This document shows, piece after piece, positions 1-10,528 of a DNA stretch of 64,000 nt (position 1 is the first letter of the stretch; each line of letters opens with the position of its first letter). The notes under the pieces are model-generated. The model was not told the DNA's origin. It made no database searches and worked only from the letters and a program-made list of their open reading frames with translations. The stretch is from an uncultured Myxococcales bacterium. Its GTDB lineage: Bacteria > Myxococcota_A > UBA9042 > DTJE01. The stretch spans positions 123,883-187,882 of the forward strand of contig CAIZWN010000005.1 in NCBI GenBank assembly GCA_903936705.1, read 5' to 3'. The position numbers and the translations under genes are program-made.

Positions 1-85
1 TCAGCGAAAGCCCTATCGGCCCTAAAATCGTGGCAATACCAGCCCACTACGAGCAATCCCACCCCAATCGATTCATAGCAAAGTA

Positions 86-109
86 GCAATTGCAAACCGG
101 CAATATTGC
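86..109. promoter_or_regulatory. Two adjacent palindromes (GCAATTGC at 86-93, GCAATATTGC at 100-109) in the low-GC leader upstream of the dipeptidase gene; candidate operator
   Basis: Perfect inverted repeats read directly; lie about 150 bp upstream of the 255 start in the AT-richest part of the leader. Confidence 0.3.
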
Positions 110-254
110 ATCCTCGCAAAACAATGCTGTGTCGAAAGACGTCGGAGTCGATAACACGCCACTCGATCCAGCCAACCAAGTCTGCTAACGTCCCCGAAGT
201 TTACGGGTCTGCACTTCGGCATTACTGGAGCCGACGAAAACTGGGGGTTTCCTG

Positions 255-1907
255 ATGATTCTTACCTGTCGCGCACTACCGTTTCTTGTAACCGCGTGTC
301 TCGTTGCGGCTCAACTGATGTGCATGAACCAGGCCAGCGCTTGTACATCCTACCTTGTCACCAAGGGCGCTTCCGCCGATGGTTCAACGATGATCACCTA
401 CTCCGCCGACTCGCACACCCTTTACGGCGACCTGACGGTCATCCCGGGCGGCGTGCACGTGCCTGGCGAGACCATTCCCGTCTACGACTGGGACTCGGGT
501 CGATTCCTGGGCCGCATCCCGCAGGCGCCTGTCACCTATTCAGTTGTGGGCCTCATCAACGAGCATCAGGTTGCCATCGGCGAAACGACGTTCGGGGGAA
601 GGAAGGAACTGGTTGATCCGAAAGGCGTGGTGGACTACGGCAGCCTGATGCGCCTGGCCTTGCAGCGGTCAAAGACGGCACGCGAAGCAATCGGCGTCAT
701 GACGTCTCTGGCAGAGACCCACGGGTACGCCAGCGAAGGCGAGTCATTCAGCATTGGCGACCCGAACGAAGCGTGGATCCTCGAGATGGTTGGCAAGGGG
801 CCCGACGGCAAGGGCGCTCTGTGGGTCGCAGTACGCGTTCCCGACGGCTTCGTAAGTGCACACGCGAACATGGCCCGCATACGGAAGTTTCCGCAGAAAG
901 ATCCCAAAAACGCGATCTTCTCGAAGGACGTCATACGGTACGCGAGGGACAAGGGCTGGTTCAAAGGCAACGATTCCGACTTCAGCTTTGCTGACGCCTT
1001 CTACCCGCGGTCCTTTGGCGGGATGCGTTTTTGCGACAGCCGCGTGTGGCGCTTCTTCATGCGCGTGGCCCCGGCACTGGGGCTTCCAACCGACTGGATC
1101 AAGGGAGTCGCAGGCGCTCAGCCGTTGCCCATGTGGGTGAAACCGGAACGCAAGCTGACTGCACGAGACGTGATGGAACTGATGCGCGACCACTTCGAGG
1201 GCACTGAATTCGACTTGTCGAAGGGTGTCGGCGCCGGGCCGTTCGGACTGCCCTACCGATGGCGACCGCTGTCGTGGGAGTACGAGGGCAAGAAGTACTT
1301 CAACGAGCGATCAGCATCAACCCAGCAGACAGGTTTTTCGTTTGTGACGCAATCGCGAGGCTGGCTGCCGGGCGCCATTGGCGGCCTGATCTGGTTCGGG
1401 GTGGATGACACCTGGCTGACAGTCTATCTGCCCATGTACGCTGGCATCCGCGAGGCTCCGCATGCATTTGCCGAGGGTACTGGATCGTTCAAGCAGTTCA
1501 GTTGGGATTCGGCATTCTGGGTTTTCAACGCGGTGTCCAATCTTGCGTATTCGAGATGGTCGGACATCTCGATCGACGTGCGTGACGCACAGGCAGCGTT
1601 GGAAGGATCGTTTTCTGCCGCGGTTGCCGAAGCCGACATTGCCGCTGTCGAAAAATACAAGAAGGCCCCTGGCCTGGCCCGTGACTACCTGACTGCGTTC
1701 AGCGCCACCCAGACCGATCGCACGATGACCCGCTGGCGCGCCCTGTTCACCGAACTGCTGGTGAAGTACCTTGACGGCAACGTCCGAGACCCACTGGGCG
1801 AGGTCAAGCACCCGCCGTACCCGAAGGAGTGGTACGGACGCATCCTCGACGACCGACCCGGGGTTTTCGAGGTAAAGAAAATCCCTGGTGAGCAGGACGA
1901 ACAGTGA
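255..1907 (+). CDS. Secreted C69-family dipeptidase
   Basis: N-terminal signal peptide followed by the catalytic Cys context ACTSYLVTKGASADGS typical of peptidase C69; 550 aa. Confidence 0.8.
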   Translation: MILTCRALPFLVTACLVAAQLMCMNQASACTSYLVTKGASADGSTMITYSADSHTLYGDLTVIPGGVHVPGETIPVYDWDSGRFLGRIPQAPVTYSVVGLINEHQVAIGETTFGGRKELVDPKGVVDYGSLMRLALQRSKTAREAIGVMTSLAETHGYASEGESFSIGDPNEAWILEMVGKGPDGKGALWVAVRVPDGFVSAHANMARIRKFPQKDPKNAIFSKDVIRYARDKGWFKGNDSDFSFADAFYPRSFGGMRFCDSRVWRFFMRVAPALGLPTDWIKGVAGAQPLPMWVKPERKLTARDVMELMRDHFEGTEFDLSKGVGAGPFGLPYRWRPLSWEYEGKKYFNERSASTQQTGFSFVTQSRGWLPGAIGGLIWFGVDDTWLTVYLPMYAGIREAPHAFAEGTGSFKQFSWDSAFWVFNAVSNLAYSRWSDISIDVRDAQAALEGSFSAAVAEADIAAVEKYKKAPGLARDYLTAFSATQTDRTMTRWRALFTELLVKYLDGNVRDPLGEVKHPPYPKEWYGRILDDRPGVFEVKKIPGEQDEQ

Positions 1908-1950
1908 TCAGACCGCTTTTCGCGAGATTCCACTGACAGGAGCACCCCCG

Positions 1951-3333
1951 ATGTCCCCAGAAAAGCCGGCCCCTTTCCCGCGCACGTACTGGACAGCCAA
2001 CGTTACCGAACTGTTCGAGCGCGGCGCCTACTATTCGATGGCGTCGTTCATGGTCATCTACCTTGGCGAACTTGGCATGGGCGACTACTGGCCGTCCACC
2101 CTGAACGCTCTGCTGTGGGGCCTGATCTACTTCCTGCCGATCCTGTCGGGCACCATCGCCGACCAGGTGGGCTTCAAGCGCTCGCTGATCCTGGCGTTCG
2201 TCCTGCTGGGCGCCGGCTACCTGTGCATGGGTTCGCCCGTGTGGCTGGGCGGCGCCGAACTGGTGCCGTCGGTTGCGCGGGAGGTGACGGCTGGAACTCC
2301 GGTTTTCGGGATGGTCCTGGCCGGCATCGTGCTGATTGGGGTTGGCGGCTCGTTCGTGAAACCCTGCATTTCAGGCACGGTGCAGAAGACCGCAGGCCTT
2401 CGCGCCACACTTGCCTTTGCAATCTTCTATATGGTCATCAATATCGGCTCGCTGTTCGGGCGCGGCGCAGGATACGTGGCCCGCACGAATTTCGGGCTTT
2501 CCGCCATCTTCGTCGTTGCAATGGCTTGCGCGTTCGTCGCCCTGCTGACCGTCATCCTGCTATATGCCGAACCGGATCGCGGGCGCGCGGCACCGCCGGC
2601 CAACGTTCAGCGCCGCTCTGTGGGAAGGGTCCTCCTGGACATGGTGCTGGTCCTGCGAAACGGTCGTTTTGCCTTGCTGCTGCTTGTGTTGTCGGGATTC
2701 AACTTCCTGTACTCGCAGGTCTACAATGTCCTGCCGCTGTACCTGAAGCGAGTGGTGGAAACGAACCCGGCCGTGGACCTGTACACCATGGCCAACCCAA
2801 TCGTGATCGTGTTCTTCCAGTTGTTGATCACACGCGTTTTCGGAAAGATGAGGCCCATTCGCTCGATGATTGTCGGGACGGTGATCATCTCTTTGTCCAT
2901 GGTCGTCAACGTCGTACCAATCTTCATGGCTGGCGGCGTAAGGACGCCGCTGTGGGACTTGCTGCCCGTTGGATCGATGGTCGTGATCCTGACGGTCGCA
3001 ATGATCGCTTTTGGCGAATTGTTCACATCGGCCAGGACCTACGAATACATCGGCGCGCTGGCTCCAAAGGGGCAGGAAGGCCTGTTCCTGGGCTATGCCA
3101 ACCTGCCGATCGCAATCGGAGCCCTGGTAGGCGGCCCGGTGGGTGCTTACGTATTCAACGAGATCATGGCAAAGGACGCAGTCAAGCTGGACAGCGGCCT
3201 GCTGGAGCTTGTGCCAGCCAACGCAGCAACCGGCTGGTTGATCCTGATGTTCGTAGGCCTGGCCTCGGTGGTCAGCATGATGCTTTACAACCGATGGATT
3301 CAGAACCATCCGGCCGAACCAGTTGCAAAATAG
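1951..3333 (+). CDS. POT/PTR2-family proton-dependent oligopeptide transporter (MFS)
   Basis: Multi-TM protein; TELFERGAYYSMASF resembles the POT ExxERFxYYG signature; immediately downstream of the dipeptidase; start chosen at ATG 1951 preceded by AGGAGC. Confidence 0.65.
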   Translation: MSPEKPAPFPRTYWTANVTELFERGAYYSMASFMVIYLGELGMGDYWPSTLNALLWGLIYFLPILSGTIADQVGFKRSLILAFVLLGAGYLCMGSPVWLGGAELVPSVAREVTAGTPVFGMVLAGIVLIGVGGSFVKPCISGTVQKTAGLRATLAFAIFYMVINIGSLFGRGAGYVARTNFGLSAIFVVAMACAFVALLTVILLYAEPDRGRAAPPANVQRRSVGRVLLDMVLVLRNGRFALLLLVLSGFNFLYSQVYNVLPLYLKRVVETNPAVDLYTMANPIVIVFFQLLITRVFGKMRPIRSMIVGTVIISLSMVVNVVPIFMAGGVRTPLWDLLPVGSMVVILTVAMIAFGELFTSARTYEYIGALAPKGQEGLFLGYANLPIAIGALVGGPVGAYVFNEIMAKDAVKLDSGLLELVPANAATGWLILMFVGLASVVSMMLYNRWIQNHPAEPVAK

Positions 3334-3379
3334 TTTCATCAGACCAAGAGGCACGCAGTCGAGGGCGTCTGACCAGCCG

Positions 3380-4651
3380 TCACGTAGACTTCGGCCCGAC
3401 GCACACTTCTGGAGCTTCGCCGGCCAGTTCGGCGACGTCGCGCTCGGAAAAACCCATCAGGTACAAGACGCCCGTCAGCGACGAGGCGTTCAGACTGAGG
3501 TCCGCGGCAGCCTGCAGGCGCGGCTTGGCACGGAACGCAATCCCGAGGCCTGCCAGGCGCAGCATCTTCATGTCGTTGGCTCCATCGCCGACTGCAACGC
3601 ACTGGTCCAACCGGCAGTCGTAGACGTGTGCCATGTCGGACAAGACCTGGGCCTTGCGGTCCGCGTCGACGATCTGTCCCCTTACCTGGCCAGTAATGCG
3701 ACCGTCCTCGACCTCCAGCGTGTTGGCGAAGGCAAAGTCCAGCCCGAAACGCTGCTTCAGTGCATCGACCAGGAAAGTGAAACCGCCGCTTACCAGGCCA
3801 ATGCGCATTCCCAGCGCCTTCAGCGTGCGCACCAGCACCTCGGCCCCAGGCGTCATCGGCACATCGTCCAGCAGGCGCCTGGCCTGCTCCATCGGCAGCC
3901 CGGCCAGCAGCGAAACGCGCTCGCGCAGCGCTGCCGAGAAATCCAGTTCACCGCGCATCGCCCGATCGGTTATCAAGGCGACCTTCTCGCCGCAGCCGGC
4001 CATCTTGGCCAGTTCGTCAATGACTTCCATCTGGATGAACGTCGAGTCTACGTCCATGCATACCAGACGCTTGCTGCGACGCCCGATGCCGTCACGCTGA
4101 ACGGCCATGTCAGCCCCAAGGTCGCCTGCCATCGACAGGATTTCACCCCTCAGCGCCCTCATTTCCACCGCTGTGATCCGGCGGTCCGGCGGCAGATCGA
4201 CGATCAACTCCAAGCCCGTCAGGCGCCGCCGGGACAGCGTCCGGATCTCGCGGATGTTCAGGGATGTCCTTGCCAGATAATCGGTTGTCCGCCCGACCGC
4301 GTCGCCATCCTCCAGGTCGCCCAACAGCGTCACGCACAAGGCGCACCCGGAACCGTCACGCCGGGAATCTCCCTGTGACGCGTTGTACATCGACACTTCC
4401 ATCCGCAAGCCCAGTTCCGAGGCCTTGAACAACGTGCGCCTAAGAACGTCCGACCCCTGCGGCACCTCTATGAACGCCGAAAGCGTGAGGTGGCCGTGAA
4501 GCACCGACTGGCCAAGGTCAACCAGCCGCGCCCCTTCCCGGGCGATGATTCCGGTCAGCGCCGAAGTGATCCCGGGACGATCCGGGCCCGTCACGTGCAA
4601 AACAATCAGGTCGTCATGGTTTTCGTTTTCCATTGGTGGATTGTAGTGCAT
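3380..4651 (-). CDS. serB: Phosphoserine phosphatase SerB (two ACT-like domains + HAD)
   Basis: HAD motifs DVDSTFIQMEVIDE and GDGANDMKML; N-terminal regulatory ACT-like region; start uncertain (ORF runs to 4753, MHYNPP at 4651). Confidence 0.8.
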   Translation of the reverse strand: MHYNPPMENENHDDLIVLHVTGPDRPGITSALTGIIAREGARLVDLGQSVLHGHLTLSAFIEVPQGSDVLRRTLFKASELGLRMEVSMYNASQGDSRRDGSGCALCVTLLGDLEDGDAVGRTTDYLARTSLNIREIRTLSRRRLTGLELIVDLPPDRRITAVEMRALRGEILSMAGDLGADMAVQRDGIGRRSKRLVCMDVDSTFIQMEVIDELAKMAGCGEKVALITDRAMRGELDFSAALRERVSLLAGLPMEQARRLLDDVPMTPGAEVLVRTLKALGMRIGLVSGGFTFLVDALKQRFGLDFAFANTLEVEDGRITGQVRGQIVDADRKAQVLSDMAHVYDCRLDQCVAVGDGANDMKMLRLAGLGIAFRAKPRLQAAADLSLNASSLTGVLYLMGFSERDVAELAGEAPEVCVGPKST

Positions 4652-4801
4652 GTTCCCGGACGGTGGAACGCTTGATTTGGGCGTGCGCTGGCGAATCGGG
4701 CCGTTCCGGCGCAGGACACTTTCACTCGAAGGGCCGATGATGAAGCGCGACACGCCCCGGTTTGACCCGAGACCTGTCTGAGTGGAGAGCGTGGTGGGTT
4801 T

Positions 4802-5197
4802 CTAGAGGGTGGTTCTCAACGCACGAGCCGCTCGGGCCAGCGGAGCGTTGGACGGGGACAGGTACAGCCGTTCCTTGGCCTCCCCGCCCGCCCCTGCTTC
4901 CTGCCGGTCGAACGCATCGCCCCGAATCTGCTTGAACGGCGACTCCCGGGCGATTTCATCCTCGATCGAGTCGCCGGTGGCCGCAGCGGTTTCGGCCTGA
5001 CCCAGGGCCGCTTCCAGGTCGCCTCGGAGGTTTCCGCCTTCCGGCTGCTCGCGTCCAGCAAGCCGCAGGATCGACTGGACCAGTTGCCTGACTGCGGGAA
5101 TCTCTTCCACCGCAAGCGCCCGGACCGACATCAAGCCGGCGCTTCCCGGACGCACGACAACAAAGACAGCAACAACGACCAGCAGTCGCCGAATCAT
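4802..5197 (-). CDS. Hypothetical secreted protein
   Basis: ORF with signal-peptide-like MIRRLLVVVAVFVVVRPGSAG; no recognisable domain; start ambiguous. Confidence 0.3.
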   Translation of the reverse strand: MIRRLLVVVAVFVVVRPGSAGLMSVRALAVEEIPAVRQLVQSILRLAGREQPEGGNLRGDLEAALGQAETAAATGDSIEDEIARESPFKQIRGDAFDRQEAGAGGEAKERLYLSPSNAPLARAARALRTTL

Positions 5198-5370
5198 TCT
5201 CCAGGCCCGACCGCTGTTAGTTGTCGTTCTCATGAAGACCCGCATCGGCCTTATCTCCACCAACTTTAGGGTTCGTGCAGAAACTGTTTTCAAGACCGGT
5301 TGACTGGCGACTCCAGGCGCGGTCCAATCGCCGTCGCGGCCACACCCGGAAATTCGCCGAGGTTCACCGA

Positions 5371-6723
5371 ATGCTGCGGGCCATCATGGCGTTCTTTCGC
5401 ACCGGACCTGATCGCCCGATGATGTCCGAAGATCCCTTGAGGATCAGGCGCATGTACGAACACATGCGCTGGAGCGTGTTCCTGTCGGTCACTCTGGGCT
5501 ACGGCTTCTTCTACGTCATCCGCACGAACTTTGCCGTGGTCAAGAAGCCGATGCTGGACGAGGGCATCTTTACGACCACCGAGATGGGCCTGATCGGCTC
5601 GGCCTTCCTGGCTGTGTACGCACTCGGCAAGCTGCTGAACGGGTTTCTGTCGGACCGGGCCAACGTGCGCCGGTTCATGGCTACGGCTCTGCTGCTGGGC
5701 GCGCTGGTCAACCTGCAGCTCGGCTCCAGCCGGTCGTTCACGACGTTCCTGGTGCTGTGGGGGCTGAACGGCTGGCTGCTGTCGGTCGGTTCCGCACCCA
5801 GCGTTGTCGCACTGTCTCAGTGGTTTTCGCCACGTGAGATGGGTACTCGCTATGGTGTCTGGAGCATCAGCCACAGCCTGGGCGAAGGCTTGACATTCAT
5901 AGTCACCGCCGCCATGGTGGCCGATTTCGGCTGGGAGTGGGGATTTCGCGGGCCTGCGCTGCTGTGCATCGGCGCAGCACTTGTCCTGTTCCAGACACTG
6001 GCAGACAGGCCGCAGACGTACGGGCTGCCACCTGTTACCACCTACAAGAACGACCATCCGCCCGTGCAGCAGGCGTCGTCTGGCATGTCGGTAGGCCGGC
6101 TGCAACTGGAGGTCCTGAAGAATCCAGCCATCTGGATTCTGGGCCTGTCGGCTGCGACGATGTCCGTCGCTCGTTACGGAATCAACAACTGGGGCGTCCT
6201 GTATTTGCAGGAAACGAAGGGCTACTCGCTGAAGGAGGCCGGGACCGTGCTGGCGGCATACCCGGTGGCGGCAATGATTGGAGCCGCGCTGTCGGGCCTC
6301 TTGTCCGACAGGTTCTTCGGCGCCCGACGGAACTGGCCGGCCCTGCTGACTGGCATCGTGGAGGCTGTCGCCCTGGTTGCACTGGTGCTGGTGCCGCCGG
6401 GGCACGTGATTCTGGACGCGACAATCCTGGCAGTATTCGGTCTTTCGCTTGGGGCGCTGCTGGTCTACCTGGGCGGCCTTATGGCGGTGGACCTGGCTCC
6501 CAAGCGGGCGGCAGGCGCGGCAATGGGCGTGATCGGCGCCTTCGCATATGCGGGCGCCGCGATCCAGGACACGGTATCAGGCTGGCTGCTGGACAACGGC
6601 AAGGTGGTTGAATCCGCCGTCACACGTTACGACTTTACCCCTGTCATCGTCTTCTGGATCGGCGCTTCACTGCTGTCGATCCTGCTGACCCTGACGGTGT
6701 GGAATGCCAGGGCGCAGGAATAG
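5371..6723 (+). CDS. MFS organophosphate:phosphate antiporter (GlpT/UhpT-like)
   Basis: MRWSVFLSVTLGYGFFYVIRTNFAVVKKPML parallels the GlpT N-terminal signature ([31 protein letters not shown]); 12 TM pattern; GAGG RBS before ATG 5371. Confidence 0.7.
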   Translation: MLRAIMAFFRTGPDRPMMSEDPLRIRRMYEHMRWSVFLSVTLGYGFFYVIRTNFAVVKKPMLDEGIFTTTEMGLIGSAFLAVYALGKLLNGFLSDRANVRRFMATALLLGALVNLQLGSSRSFTTFLVLWGLNGWLLSVGSAPSVVALSQWFSPREMGTRYGVWSISHSLGEGLTFIVTAAMVADFGWEWGFRGPALLCIGAALVLFQTLADRPQTYGLPPVTTYKNDHPPVQQASSGMSVGRLQLEVLKNPAIWILGLSAATMSVARYGINNWGVLYLQETKGYSLKEAGTVLAAYPVAAMIGAALSGLLSDRFFGARRNWPALLTGIVEAVALVALVLVPPGHVILDATILAVFGLSLGALLVYLGGLMAVDLAPKRAAGAAMGVIGAFAYAGAAIQDTVSGWLLDNGKVVESAVTRYDFTPVIVFWIGASLLSILLTLTVWNARAQE

Positions 6724-6756
6724 ACCTTTCAGCACCCGCAAGAGGAGGCCTTTGCC

Positions 6757-9700
6757 ATGACCCATCACCTGCTTGGACGCATGACCGGTCTGCCGATGGC
6801 CTCAATCGCACTGCTTGCGGCACTTTGCCTGGCGCCGAATCGCTCTGTTGCTGAAGCCGCCGAACCGCCGCCAGGGGTGCAGCCCGACAGCTTGTACGTC
6901 GTTGCTGTATCGCACCTGGACACCGAGTGGTTATGGACGATCGTCGAAACGATCCGGGACTACATACCGGCAACCTTCCGCGACAACATGGATCTCCTGG
7001 ATCGGCACCCGGGATTCAAGTTCGGATTCGAGGGCGCCCACCGCTACTACATGCTGCGCGAGTACTACCCGGATTTGTGGCAACGCCTGAAGGGATACGT
7101 GGCAGACGGGCGATGGTCGCCTGCAGGAAGTGCGCTGGAAGGCGGCGACGTGAACATCGTTTCGCCCGAATCGCTGATGCGGCAGTTCCTTTACGGCAAC
7201 GGCTTTTTTCGGCGCGAATTCGGGCGCACAAGCGTCGATGTCTTCCTGCCGGATTGCTTCGGGTTCGGATGGGCCCTTCCATCGGTAGCCGCGCACTGCG
7301 GTTTGATCGGATTCTCGACGCAGAAGCTGACGTGGGGTTCCGCCTATGGCATCCCGTTCGACGTGGGCCGGTGGCGCGGTCCGGACGGCGCCGAGATCGT
7401 GGCGGCGTTGCGCCCGTGGAACTACGCGGCCGGCCTCGATGGAGACTGGACGCGCGCACAGCGCTGGACCGACGCGCTCGATCGGCAGGAGGCGGTGTCG
7501 GGCATGCGATTCGGATACGCATATTTCGGCGTAGGAGATCGAGGAGGTTCGGTAGGCGAGGATTCCGTTGCCAACCTTGAAACGAACATGGCCGATACAG
7601 GGCCGGTGCGCCTGAAATCCGAACCGCCGGACCAGTTCTTCAAGGACCTGACTCAGGACCAGTGGGCGGCACTTCCCGTGTACGACGGCGAACTGGTGCT
7701 AGCCACCCATGGGACAGGTTCCTACACGTCACAATGCGCGATGAAACGTTGGAACCGGCAGAACGAACAACTGGGGGACGCGGCCGAGCGAGCTGCGGTC
7801 GCAGCATCGTGGCTGGGCGGTCTGCCCTACCCCGCCGAATGGCTTGCAAACGCCTGGTTCCGCTTCCTTGTGCACCAGTTCCATGACGATGTAACGGGCA
7901 CCAGCATTCCCGAGGTCTACTCGAACTCGTGGAACGATGAACGACTGGCACAGCACCGGTTCGCTAGCGTTCTGTCGGCTGCGGCGGGATCGGTTGCTCG
8001 TGCCCTGGACACAACCTCAATCGGCGTACCGCTGGTCGTGTACAACGCGCTTGCAATCGATCGCGAAGATGTGGTCGAGGCCTTCGTGCGCTTTCCCGAA
8101 GCGCCGCCAGCGCATGTACGGGTGTTCGGTCCCGGTGGCGCAGAGGTACCCTCCCAGGTGATCGGCGAACGCGACGGGGCTGCCCGTATCGCCTTCCTGG
8201 CCAATGTGCCGGCAACCGGGTTTGCCGTGTACGACGTTCGCCCATCCGATGTTCCGTGCTCGCTTGCGACCGGACTGTCCGCAACGCAGGCAGGGCTTGA
8301 AAATGGCAGATACCGGGTCACGATCGACTCGAACGGTGACGTATCAAGCGTCTTTGACAAGGCGGCCGGCGTGGAAACCCTGGCCGGCCCCGTGCGGTTC
8401 GCAATGTTCAGCGACATGTCGCTAAGCTACCCGGCGTGGGAGATAACCTGGTACGACCTGGCCGAAGGCGCCAGGGAATACGTTTCGGCTGCCCCGACAA
8501 TCACGGTCGTCGAGGCAGGTCCCGCGAGGACCAGTGTTGAAATTCGACGCGAATATGCATCCGATCAGGGCACATCGACCTATGTTCAACGGCTGCGACT
8601 GGGCGCCGGAGGTTCGGGGGATCGCGTTGAATGGGATACCGAAATCGACTGGCACACCAGGATGTCACTGCTGAAAGTCGAGTTCCCGCTGAAGCATACG
8701 GCCCCCAAGGCCACCTTCGACCTTGGGCTTGGCGCAATTACACGGCCGAATTCCACACCGGATCTGTACGAGGTGCCTTCGCAACAGTGGGCGGATCTCA
8801 CGGCCCCCGACCTGTCCTATGGCGTCTCAATCCTCTCGCTTGACAAGGTGGGATGGCACAAGCCGGACGACGAAAAGCTGTATCTGACCCTTCTTCACAC
8901 GCCGATGTTACCCGAGCACCACCACGACACCAACGACATCGGGCACCATCACACTGGCTGGGCAATTTTCGGCCACACGGGGGACTGGACGAACGGTACC
9001 GTCCCGCAGGCCGCCAGGTTCAACCAGCCTCTGGTGGCATTTCAGGCGCCATCGCACGCCGGGACTCTGGGGCGTAGTTGGGGCCTCGCGCGGGTATCGG
9101 ATCCGGCGGTGGCCATTCGCGCCTTGAAGCAGGCCGAGGATTCCGACGAGGTCGTGGTGCGAATTCAGGAGACATCGGGAACGGCCCGGAACAACGTGCG
9201 CATTGAGATTGCGACGGGCATTGCCGAGGCACGCGAGGTCCGTGGTGACGAACAGCCGAAGGGCGAGGCTGTAATCGTTGACGGGTCGCTGATCACGAAC
9301 CTGACGGCCTTCCAGCCGCGAACGTTCGCGGTGCGACTGTCGGCGGCAGCAACCAGGCTTGCGCCTGCGGAATCAAGTCCGGTTGCACTGCCGTACGACA
9401 CGGACGTGCTGTCGTTCAACGAGGCACGGGCCGACGGCGCCTTTGACGTTGGTGCCGGCGTTGCCTGGGCTGCCGAGCAGTGGTCGTCGACGCTGGCCGT
9501 TGGTGGGGTCGATTTCCAACTGGGGCCATCGGCTGCCGGGCAATCCAACGCTGTTTCGTGCTTAGGACAGTCGATTGCCATCAATCCCCTTGAAGGCCAG
9601 CGCCTGAACCTGTTGGCCGCCGCCGTTGGGGATGTAGAGGCTACATTCCTTGTAGGCGACAAGCCCGTCGCACTTGCGGTTCAGGATCACGCGGGGTTCA

Positions 9701-10329
9701 TAGGCCAATGGGACAGCCGCGTGGTTGACGGAGGTTTTGTCGAGACGCCGATGCCCGCGCTGCCTGGCTTCCTGAAACAGGCCGAACCGGTCTGGTATGG
9801 AACACACCGGCACCTTGCCGATGGCGACGACATCTATGCCTTCAGCTACCTGTTCAGGTACGTGCTGGACGTGCCCCCAAACGCGACGTCGCTGACCCTG
9901 CCAAACGACCCGCGCATCAAGATCCTGGCCATCACACTGACGGACGACCCCGGCGGGCTGACGGTTCCGGCCTCGGTGATCTTCGACGATTTCGACCCGC
10001 TGCGGCGTCCCCTGGCAGGGTGGGAACCAACCCCCGCACAGCCAGAACCTGTTCCGGATACGGCCGAGGAGACCGAGGTCACGATGCCAGACCAAGAGGA
10101 CGAGAACCTTCCTGACGTCATGCGCGACACTTCCGGCGACGATTCGACCGCAGAGGTCGCCGATGCACCCGGCGACACCACGACAACCGAGATTCCAGGA
10201 ATCGGCAAGCATTCGTCCGGATGCCAGTCGAATACCGGCGGACATCCAGCATCCTTGGTTTTGTCGGTACTGGCTATTGCTTTACTGCTGATGACCCGCC
10301 GCCTTCGATCCTGTCGCAGGACGGCCTGA
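6757..10329 (+). CDS. Secreted GH38 alpha-mannosidase with C-terminal MYXO-CTERM sorting tail
   Basis: Signal peptide; GH38 catalytic-region motifs (HLDTEWLW, DCFGF); acidic Pro/Thr-rich linker then SGCQS..LVLSVLAIALLLMTRRLRS (Gly-Cys, hydrophobic helix, Arg cluster). Confidence 0.8.
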   Translation: MTHHLLGRMTGLPMASIALLAALCLAPNRSVAEAAEPPPGVQPDSLYVVAVSHLDTEWLWTIVETIRDYIPATFRDNMDLLDRHPGFKFGFEGAHRYYMLREYYPDLWQRLKGYVADGRWSPAGSALEGGDVNIVSPESLMRQFLYGNGFFRREFGRTSVDVFLPDCFGFGWALPSVAAHCGLIGFSTQKLTWGSAYGIPFDVGRWRGPDGAEIVAALRPWNYAAGLDGDWTRAQRWTDALDRQEAVSGMRFGYAYFGVGDRGGSVGEDSVANLETNMADTGPVRLKSEPPDQFFKDLTQDQWAALPVYDGELVLATHGTGSYTSQCAMKRWNRQNEQLGDAAERAAVAASWLGGLPYPAEWLANAWFRFLVHQFHDDVTGTSIPEVYSNSWNDERLAQHRFASVLSAAAGSVARALDTTSIGVPLVVYNALAIDREDVVEAFVRFPEAPPAHVRVFGPGGAEVPSQVIGERDGAARIAFLANVPATGFAVYDVRPSDVPCSLATGLSATQAGLENGRYRVTIDSNGDVSSVFDKAAGVETLAGPVRFAMFSDMSLSYPAWEITWYDLAEGAREYVSAAPTITVVEAGPARTSVEIRREYASDQGTSTYVQRLRLGAGGSGDRVEWDTEIDWHTRMSLLKVEFPLKHTAPKATFDLGLGAITRPNSTPDLYEVPSQQWADLTAPDLSYGVSILSLDKVGWHKPDDEKLYLTLLHTPMLPEHHHDTNDIGHHHTGWAIFGHTGDWTNGTVPQAARFNQPLVAFQAPSHAGTLGRSWGLARVSDPAVAIRALKQAEDSDEVVVRIQETSGTARNNVRIEIATGIAEAREVRGDEQPKGEAVIVDGSLITNLTAFQPRTFAVRLSAAATRLAPAESSPVALPYDTDVLSFNEARADGAFDVGAGVAWAAEQWSSTLAVGGVDFQLGPSAAGQSNAVSCLGQSIAINPLEGQRLNLLAAAVGDVEATFLVGDKPVALAVQDHAGFIGQWDSRVVDGGFVETPMPALPGFLKQAEPVWYGTHRHLADGDDIYAFSYLFRYVLDVPPNATSLTLPNDPRIKILAITLTDDPGGLTVPASVIFDDFDPLRRPLAGWEPTPAQPEPVPDTAEETEVTMPDQEDENLPDVMRDTSGDDSTAEVADAPGDTTTTEIPGIGKHSSGCQSNTGGHPASLVLSVLAIALLLMTRRLRSCRRTA

Positions 10330-10528
10330 TAGAACACTCTGCCAGCGCAACCAAAACGCTGTCCAGGTTCACGTCATTTCGACAGGCCGCTTATGTCCAA
10401 GGCCAGTCATCGCCATGGGGAATGTACGCAGAATCGGGGGCTGTCCCGGACCCGTCCCCGGTGATATCCTCGACCGCCACCCGGGGTTGCCCGGGCTGCG
10501 ACTCCAGGGATCACGCAAGGAGCGGGAC

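Noticed and set aside
2115-3623. 502-aa plus-strand ORF in an alternative frame of the POT transporter
   Set aside because: Arg/Pro/Gly-rich translation of the transporter gene in the wrong frame; no membrane or domain features.
3323-4378. 351-aa plus-strand ORF
   Set aside because: Antisense to the well-supported serB gene; a typical high-GC shadow ORF.
5290-6405. 371-aa minus-strand ORF
   Set aside because: Antisense to the GlpT-like MFS gene, which has a clear TM pattern and family signature.
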